From the NCBI GenBank assembly GCA_041694945.1, contig JBGFRU010000044.1, positions 15,165-79,164 on the forward strand: a DNA stretch of 64,000 nucleotides, in the 5' to 3' direction. The position numbers and the translations under genes were made by a program. Under the pieces are notes generated by a model. It had not been told where the DNA came from, ran no database searches, and worked only from the letters and a program-made list of their open reading frames with translations. Origin of the DNA: Pseudomonadota bacterium. Lineage in GTDB: Bacteria > Pseudomonadota > Gammaproteobacteria > Burkholderiales > Burkholderiaceae_C. Positions 59,683-64,000 of the stretch are shown piece by piece; the first letter of the stretch is position 1; every line of letters starts with the position of its first letter.

Positions 59683-60834
59683 TCACATTGCGTGCGACGG
59701 AACTGGGTTTTGTTCGGATTGCGTGCGACATTCGGCGGCGTTTTGCTCGGATTGCGTGTGACATTGGGCGGCGTTTTGCTCGGATTGCGTGCGACATTGG
59801 GCGGCAGTTTTACGGGCGAGGATGAGGTCGCCCAGGGCGGATTCGACACTGCGGCGGGCGCTGCAGTGTTTGGCGTAGGCAAGGAAGGACTTGACGCGCT
59901 GGCGCACGTAGTCGAGGTCGATGTGGCCGTCGTGGTAGTCGGCGGCCATGTGCTTGAAGGCCAGGCGCGCGCGCTTGATGTTGCGCTTGCGCGGCAGGAT
60001 GTGGGTGGGCCAGATGCGGTAGCCGCAAAAGTCGATGCCGCGCTGCCAGGGATGGATGCCGGTCTTGGGGTTGAGCGTCAGGGCCAGGCCATTGACGGCT
60101 GCACCGAGATCGCGCAGGGCGCGCTGTGCGCTGGCTTTGTCGGGCAGGATGGCGACAAAGTCGTCCATGTAGCGGGCGTAGAAGCGCAGACCGAGTTCGT
60201 CTTTGGCGATGTGGTCGAGCCGGTTGAGCACGATGTTGGCGGCGAGCTGACTGGTGAGCGCACCGACGGGCAGGCCGACTCCGCCTTCGTGGCCGTAGCC
60301 GCCGATGACGGCGCGCCAGAGCCAGAGCACGTCGCGGTCGGCGATGGTGCGCTCGATTTCTGCCATAAGGACGTCGTGCCGGATGCTGGCGAAGTATTTG
60401 CTGATATCGGCCTTGAGGACGTAGGCGCGCTCGCCCCAGGCGCGCTTGGCAACGCGCATGAAGTGTTGCACACGCGCCACAGCCGCTTGCGTGCCTTTGC
60501 CGCTGCGGCAGGCGTAGGTGTCGGCGATGAAGCCGGCCTCGAACAGGGGTTCGACGCGGCGCACCAGGGCGTGGTGCAGCACGCGGTCGGCAAAGGGCGG
60601 GGCTTGAATCTGGCGCCGCTTGGGCTCGAAGACGACGAAGGCGCGCGCGGCGCCGGGCTGCCAACTGCGCCAAACGAGGTGGTTGTGCAGGTTGATGAGG
60701 TTTTCTTCGAGGTTGAGGGCGTAGCGCATGACGTCGGGGCTGTAGCGCTTGCCCATGCGCGCAGCGCGGTAGGCGGCGTGCAGGTTTTCGAAGGCGATGA
60801 GATCAGGCCAAAGGCCGTTGTGGGTGCGGGGCAT
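59683..60834 (-). CDS. DGR reverse transcriptase
   Basis: Collinear with my recollection of the Bordetella phage BPP-1 bRT: ..LWPDLIAFENLHAAYRAARMGKR.., FVVFEPKRRQI.AP.F.DRVLHHAL, YACRSGKGTQAAV, LKADISKYF.SI.H, GLPVGALTSQLAANIVLN (DGR-specific I/VGxxxSQ motif), FYARYMDDFV (YMDD catalytic box), IDFCGYRIWPTH.LPRKRNIKRA. Confidence 0.95.
   Translation of the reverse strand: MPRTHNGLWPDLIAFENLHAAYRAARMGKRYSPDVMRYALNLEENLINLHNHLVWRSWQPGAARAFVVFEPKRRQIQAPPFADRVLHHALVRRVEPLFEAGFIADTYACRSGKGTQAAVARVQHFMRVAKRAWGERAYVLKADISKYFASIRHDVLMAEIERTIADRDVLWLWRAVIGGYGHEGGVGLPVGALTSQLAANIVLNRLDHIAKDELGLRFYARYMDDFVAILPDKASAQRALRDLGAAVNGLALTLNPKTGIHPWQRGIDFCGYRIWPTHILPRKRNIKRARLAFKHMAADYHDGHIDLDYVRQRVKSFLAYAKHCSARRSVESALGDLILARKTAAQCRTQSEQNAAQCHTQSEQNAAECRTQSEQNPVPSHAM
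59687..59816. repeat. four tandem ~33-bp repeats at the extreme 3' end of the RT ORF
   Basis: Units start at 59687, 59718, 59751 and 59784, with consensus ATTGCGTGCGACATTGGGCGGCGTTTTGCTCGG. They translate in the RT frame as AAQC(R/H)TQSEQN repeats. Confidence 0.9.
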
Positions 60835-61136
60835 GGGTCAGGCGTCGAATAGGTGCGGCACCGCTTTCTTCAGCAGTCGCTCGCGGCATTCTTGTTCCAC
60901 CTCGTCCTTGAGCAGCCGGGTCATGTGCTGCAGACCCTTGTGCAGCACCTCGGTCTGCACCGAAACCGGCACGGGCGGGTCAGAGTCCATGTCTACAGCC
61001 AACGTGCACCGACCGTCCAGCATGTCGGCTGTATCGCGCAGCCACTGGCCCAGACCGGCAAGGGTCGGGAGCAAGGCCCCAAAGGATGCGCGCTGGACGC
61101 GCGCCCGGTGGGCGACGCGCCTGCTGGCGTGGGTCG
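60835..61136 (-). ncRNA. DGR spacer between TR and RT (expected part of the TR-containing template RNA)
   Basis: Called by position, by analogy with characterised DGRs. About 300 nt, which is longer than the BPP-1 spacer as I remember it. Also contains a coding-like ORF; see findings. Confidence 0.5.
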
Positions 61137-61243
61137 TTTGCGAGGCGGCCGCCGATGTTCGTGTTCGCATTCGACGCGGCGTTGTTGAGGTTGAGATAGA
61201 ACAGACCGGCGTTCGCGCCGTTGCCCCAATTGCCGCCGTTATA
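61137..61243 (-). repeat. DGR template repeat (TR)
   Basis: 107-bp match to 62236..62342. The minus-strand reading is rich in AAY codons: YNGGNWGNGANAGLFYLNLNNAASNANTNIGGRLA. Confidence 0.93.
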
Positions 61244-61280
61244 AGCCTTGCCCCTTTGTTTGATTGCAACAAGGTCTAAT

Positions 61281-61640
61281 TCATGCGCTTGCCCCTTCGT
61301 GCTTTATCCAGGCACCGACCATGGCGCCGATTTCGTTGATGTGGCGCATCCAGACGCCCAACCGATGGCTGTTGATGTAAGCGGCGCGGTGCGCCTTGCG
61401 CACCAGGCCGCGCAGCAATTCGATTTCCACGTCAAGGTCAAACAGGGCAGCCGCTTTCTGGCGCCGTTTCCAGGCGACGATGGTCAGGCGCAGCAGCCGG
61501 TTCATTGCGGCGCGCAGGTCGGCGCAAAGCAGATGGCGCTCCAGGCGTGGAAATTGGTGCAGCACGGTATGGGTGTAGGCATCGAGCTCTTCGAGCTTGG
61601 TCAGCAAGGCCAAATACGGGGCGGGCTGCGCCACACTCAA
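61281..61640 (-). CDS. avd: DGR accessory variability determinant (Avd, four-helix-bundle family)
   Basis: About 119 aa, helical and basic: ..LEELDAYTHTVLHQFPRLERHLLCADLRAAMNRLLRLTIVAWKRR...EIELLRGLVRKAH...YINSHRLGVWMRHINEIGAMVGAWIKH. Sits between the target gene and the TR. Start is TTG 61640 or GTG 61634, abutting the stop of the preceding ORF. Confidence 0.85.
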   Translation of the reverse strand: MSVAQPAPYLALLTKLEELDAYTHTVLHQFPRLERHLLCADLRAAMNRLLRLTIVAWKRRQKAAALFDLDVEIELLRGLVRKAHRAAYINSHRLGVWMRHINEIGAMVGAWIKHEGASA

Positions 61641-62095
61641 GCCGCCTGCTCGATGGCGCGCAGATCGGCCGCGTCGGGCGCGCTCGAGTTGGCCCAGTCG
61701 CGCACGGCGTTGATGTAGGTGGCCATGGCCTTGCGCTCGGCGGCGGGGCCGTCGCGCAGCAGATTGAGCTGGCGGTGGATTGGATAGCGCGCCTGGATGG
61801 CGGCGGCAGCCAGGCGGTTGACCTCGGCCAGGCGCTCGGCGGCAGCAGCGGCCTCGACGGCGGTGGCATCGGGCTCGAGATCGAGTTCGCCGAGCAGGGT
61901 GCAGGCGGCAAGGTCGCAGGCCGGGATGTCTTGCGCCACGCCGGGGATGCGCGCCGAAATGAACAGCCCGTCGGCGCGGTAGTCGGCGGGCACGGCCCAG
62001 ACGCAGACGGTGGATGCGACTGCGAGTGTGGGCAGGGCGATGGCGTGCTCTGCGCCCTGGTGGCTCAAGTGCAGGGTGCGGTTTTCAATGTGCAT
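61637..62095 (-). CDS. hypothetical protein encoded between the DGR target gene and avd
   Basis: 152 aa, strong GC3 codon bias, AGGAG 7 nt upstream of the ATG at 62095, stop fused to the avd start. I recognise no family. Confidence 0.65.
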   Translation of the reverse strand: MHIENRTLHLSHQGAEHAIALPTLAVASTVCVWAVPADYRADGLFISARIPGVAQDIPACDLAACTLLGELDLEPDATAVEAAAAAERLAEVNRLAAAAIQARYPIHRQLNLLRDGPAAERKAMATYINAVRDWANSSAPDAADLRAIEQAA

Positions 62096-62175
62096 GGAAA
62101 GGCTCCTGGGGGTTGGGGTTGATGATGGGGTGCGGCACGCGCATCAAGCCGCGCGGCTGCATGCGCGCCGGGGCC

Positions 62176-62192
62176 GCCCCGCTCGGCGGGGC
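62176..62192 (-). other. GC-rich hairpin downstream of the VR (candidate DGR target-recognition cruciform or terminator stem)
   Basis: GCCCCGC-tcg-GCGGGGC, a 7-bp stem with a 3-nt loop and no following U tract. It begins 37 nt past the target-gene stop codon on the minus strand. Confidence 0.45.
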
Positions 62193-62228
62193 AGCCCAAC
62201 AGCCACATGACGCAGGCCACATGACGCC

Positions 62229-64000
62229 TTACACCTTTGCGAGGCGGCCGCCGACGGTCGTGCTCGCAGTCGACGCGGCGTCGTTGAGGTAGAGATAGAA
62301 CAGACCGGCGTGCGCGCCGTCGCCCCAACCGCCGCCGTGATACGCGACGCAGTTGGGCGCTTGCCAATAGTGGTCGCCAAAGCTGCCCTGGCCGGATGCA
62401 GCCACGGCGTCGGGCACAAAGACTGCGCCCAGGTTGACTAGCCCGGCGCTGTCGCTGGCCATAGTGAGCGGTGCGCCGCTGGCCGGGGCGGTGCGGCTGC
62501 TGGTCTGGTAGCTGCGCTGGCCGTCGGTGCCCCAGATGCGGTAGCGCGAGCTGGCATCGGTCTGCAAGCCGTCGAGCATCTGCCAGACGTTGCCCCAGAG
62601 GCCAACGATGCCGCGCCAGGTGGCCTGCGCCACGGTGGCGTGGTCGACGTTGAGTGCGCTTGAGCCCGCCACATGGCCTTGACCGATGAGAGCCTGGCTG
62701 TCGGAGCCGCCCAGCTCGATCAGGGCCAGCATCTGGATGGCGCCGAGCTGGTACACGTCCCAGAGCGCAAAGCCGGTCACGCCGCCGGTGTTGCGCGCGT
62801 TGGCGCGCGCCTGCATGGTCGGGAAGTCGATCGACACCAGCGGCGCAACACCACCCACCGAGCCCAGGCGTGTTCCGCCGTCGTTGGTGCCCTGGAACTT
62901 GCCGACCCAGAATTGCGCAATCTGCGCCCCGGCGTGCATGAAGGCCGGGTGGACGGCAAAGTTGGCCGCCGGCTGGTCGGAGATGAGCCAAAAACGCCGC
63001 CCGGCGTGCGGCCCGCTGGGCACGGTGCCGGTGCGAAAGAAAAAGCGCGGCACGCGCACCATGGCCTGGCCGTCGATGGTCTGGTCGACGATGCCGGCAT
63101 AGACCGGGTGGTTGGCGAAGGTGGCGGTGGTGGTGCTGAGGTTGTTGAAGTGCTCGTCGACGCGCTGCCAGGCCCCGGCCCCGCCGCCGGTGGCGGTTTG
63201 CACGATGCCAATGATGTGCGCGAACTGCTGGCGCGTGGTGAAGGCCACATCCGCCGACCATTCGGATGCCCCCAGGCTGGTGCCGGTGTGGCGCACGCGC
63301 AACACGTACTGCGTTTGCCCGGCCAGCAGCACACCGGCGGGCAGGGTGAGGCTGGTGCGAGCGGCTGCGCTGGCGCCCGAATCCCACAGCGGCGCGGCCC
63401 AGGTGCCGCTGCTCAAGCGCAATTGCCATTGGCTGGAGGCATGGGCGTCGGCGCCGCCGGTGGTGGCGAAGGCGGCGGTCTGGAAGGTGGGCTGCTCGGG
63501 CACATCCGTCTGCCCCGGCGTGGGCGCAATGACAGCCGGGGTGTTGACAAAGGCGTAGCTGGCGCGGGTGGTGAAGCTGCTGCTGGCCGACCAGTCAGAG
63601 ACCAGGCCGGCGGCGTCGGTGACGCGCGCACGCACGTGGAAGGTGGTATTGACCGGCAGCACCCCGGCTGGCACCGAGAAGGTGAGCGCGGCGCGCGGCC
63701 CGCTGTCGTGCAGCACGGTGGCGAAGGTGGCGTTGGTGCTGATCTGGAACTGGGTCGAGGCAAAGGCGTTGCCCGCCGGGCTGGCAAAGCCCGCCACCGA
63801 CAGGGTGGGCGTCTCCACCACGTTGGTGGCACCGTTGGCGGGCGCGTTGATGACAGGCGCAGCCGGGCGCATGGCGGGGTTGACGAAGCCGGCCTGCCCG
63901 GTGGCGCTGCCCAGGGCCACGAGGTGGCGGATGGTCATGGCTTCGCCCGCGACTTCCAGGCGCAAAAAGCCGTCGCCGCGCATGGGCACGAGGTACTCGA
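62229..64000 (-). CDS. DGR target (variable) protein: two Fn3/Ig-like repeats + C-terminal CLec/FGE-like fold carrying the VR; the 5' end may be outside the window
   Basis: 586 aa from ATG 63989, and the frame stays open to position 64000. The C-terminus ..WRGIVGLWGNVWQMLDG.....YHGGGWGDGAHAGLFYLYLNDAASTASTTVGGRLAKV is typical of Mtd-like C-type-lectin-fold DGR targets. Confidence 0.88.
   Translation of the reverse strand, partial: EYLVPMRGDGFLRLEVAGEAMTIRHLVALGSATGQAGFVNPAMRPAAPVINAPANGATNVVETPTLSVAGFASPAGNAFASTQFQISTNATFATVLHDSGPRAALTFSVPAGVLPVNTTFHVRARVTDAAGLVSDWSASSSFTTRASYAFVNTPAVIAPTPGQTDVPEQPTFQTAAFATTGGADAHASSQWQLRLSSGTWAAPLWDSGASAAARTSLTLPAGVLLAGQTQYVLRVRHTGTSLGASEWSADVAFTTRQQFAHIIGIVQTATGGGAGAWQRVDEHFNNLSTTTATFANHPVYAGIVDQTIDGQAMVRVPRFFFRTGTVPSGPHAGRRFWLISDQPAANFAVHPAFMHAGAQIAQFWVGKFQGTNDGGTRLGSVGGVAPLVSIDFPTMQARANARNTGGVTGFALWDVYQLGAIQMLALIELGGSDSQALIGQGHVAGSSALNVDHATVAQATWRGIVGLWGNVWQMLDGLQTDASSRYRIWGTDGQRSYQTSSRTAPASGAPLTMASDSAGLVNLGAVFVPDAVAASGQGSFGDHYWQAPNCVAYHGGGWGDGAHAGLFYLYLNDAASTASTTVGGRLAKV
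62236..62342 (-). repeat. DGR variable repeat (VR) at the 3' end of the target gene
   Basis: 107 bp aligned to the TR with 11 mismatches, all opposite TR adenines. The 3' end carries a shared GC-rich 14-mer (GGCGGCCGCCTCGC), a position analogous to an IMH element. Confidence 0.93.

Larger units (their letters stand above)
59683..64000 (-). mobile_element. diversity-generating retroelement cassette: target gene (VR) - ORF - avd - TR - spacer - RT
   Basis: Canonical gene order plus a TR/VR pair whose mismatches are all at adenines; see the individual features below. The 5' end of the target gene may lie beyond the window. Confidence 0.93.

Noticed and set aside
59687-59816. Possible CRISPR array or iteron-type replication origin
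   Set aside because: The repeats are contiguous with no spacers, so this is not a CRISPR array. No cas genes or replication initiator genes are nearby. It is kept only as a tandem repeat.
58029-59882. 617-aa minus-strand ORF
   Set aside because: Antisense to the transglutaminase/DUF2126 gene and out of frame with the RT 3' end; a shadow ORF.
59692-60852. 386-aa + strand ORF
   Set aside because: It exactly mirrors the DGR RT on the opposite strand, and the RT frame carries all the catalytic motifs.
61137-61272. 5' part of minus-strand ORF 60838..61272 (and ORF 62144..62419) reading ..TARTPVCSISTSTTPRR..
   Set aside because: These are the TR and VR read in a non-coding frame. Their similarity to each other merely reflects the TR/VR repeat.

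Overview
High-GC chromosomal segment (well over 60% GC by eye). Gene content and order look betaproteobacterial, Burkholderiales/Comamonadaceae-like; that placement is inference. Most of the window is tightly packed housekeeping DNA. (1) 1-7.1 kb: a cbb3 oxidase locus in the order ccoI-ccoS-ccoN-O-Q-P-G on the minus strand, with two FNR/Anr-type boxes. (2) 7.2-22 kb: usp, lgt, ilvD, nadC, panBC, gpsA-secB-grxC-rhodanese, gpmA, ctpA, moeB, a short BLUF photoreceptor coupled to folE, and clsB plus an EEP phosphatase. (3) 22.3-33 kb: a flagellar filament locus fliC-fliD-fliC'-[giant glycosyltransferase, methyltransferase, WecD-like, WecE-like]-fliS, ending at tRNA-Lys(UUU). (4) 33-53 kb: tcdA, yeeE, tolB-pal-cpoB, msbA, a chain of 4-bp-overlapping genes (yebC-purD-hemF-nadD-rsfS-rlmH) followed by maf and rng, then sbcB, a WD40 lipoprotein and clpSA. 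(5) 53.3-59.7 kb: a decayed sbcB fragment, then the uncharacterised circularly permuted ATP-grasp / alpha-E / large transglutaminase (DUF2126-type) trio. (6) 59.7-64.0 kb, the most interesting part: a complete diversity-generating retroelement (DGR) on the minus strand. It comprises a target gene with a C-terminal variable repeat (VR), an extra ORF, avd, the template repeat (TR), a ~300-nt spacer and the reverse transcriptase. TR and VR align over 107 bp with 11 mismatches, and every mismatch sits at a TR adenine. Unusual add-ons are in-frame 33-bp tandem repeats at the RT 3' end, a coding-like ORF in the spacer, and a GC hairpin plus a 14-nt direct repeat downstream of the VR. No CRISPR arrays, rRNA genes or recognisable IS transposases or integrases were seen. 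Many long ORFs in the six-frame track are antisense or out-of-frame shadows typical of high-GC DNA and are not called.
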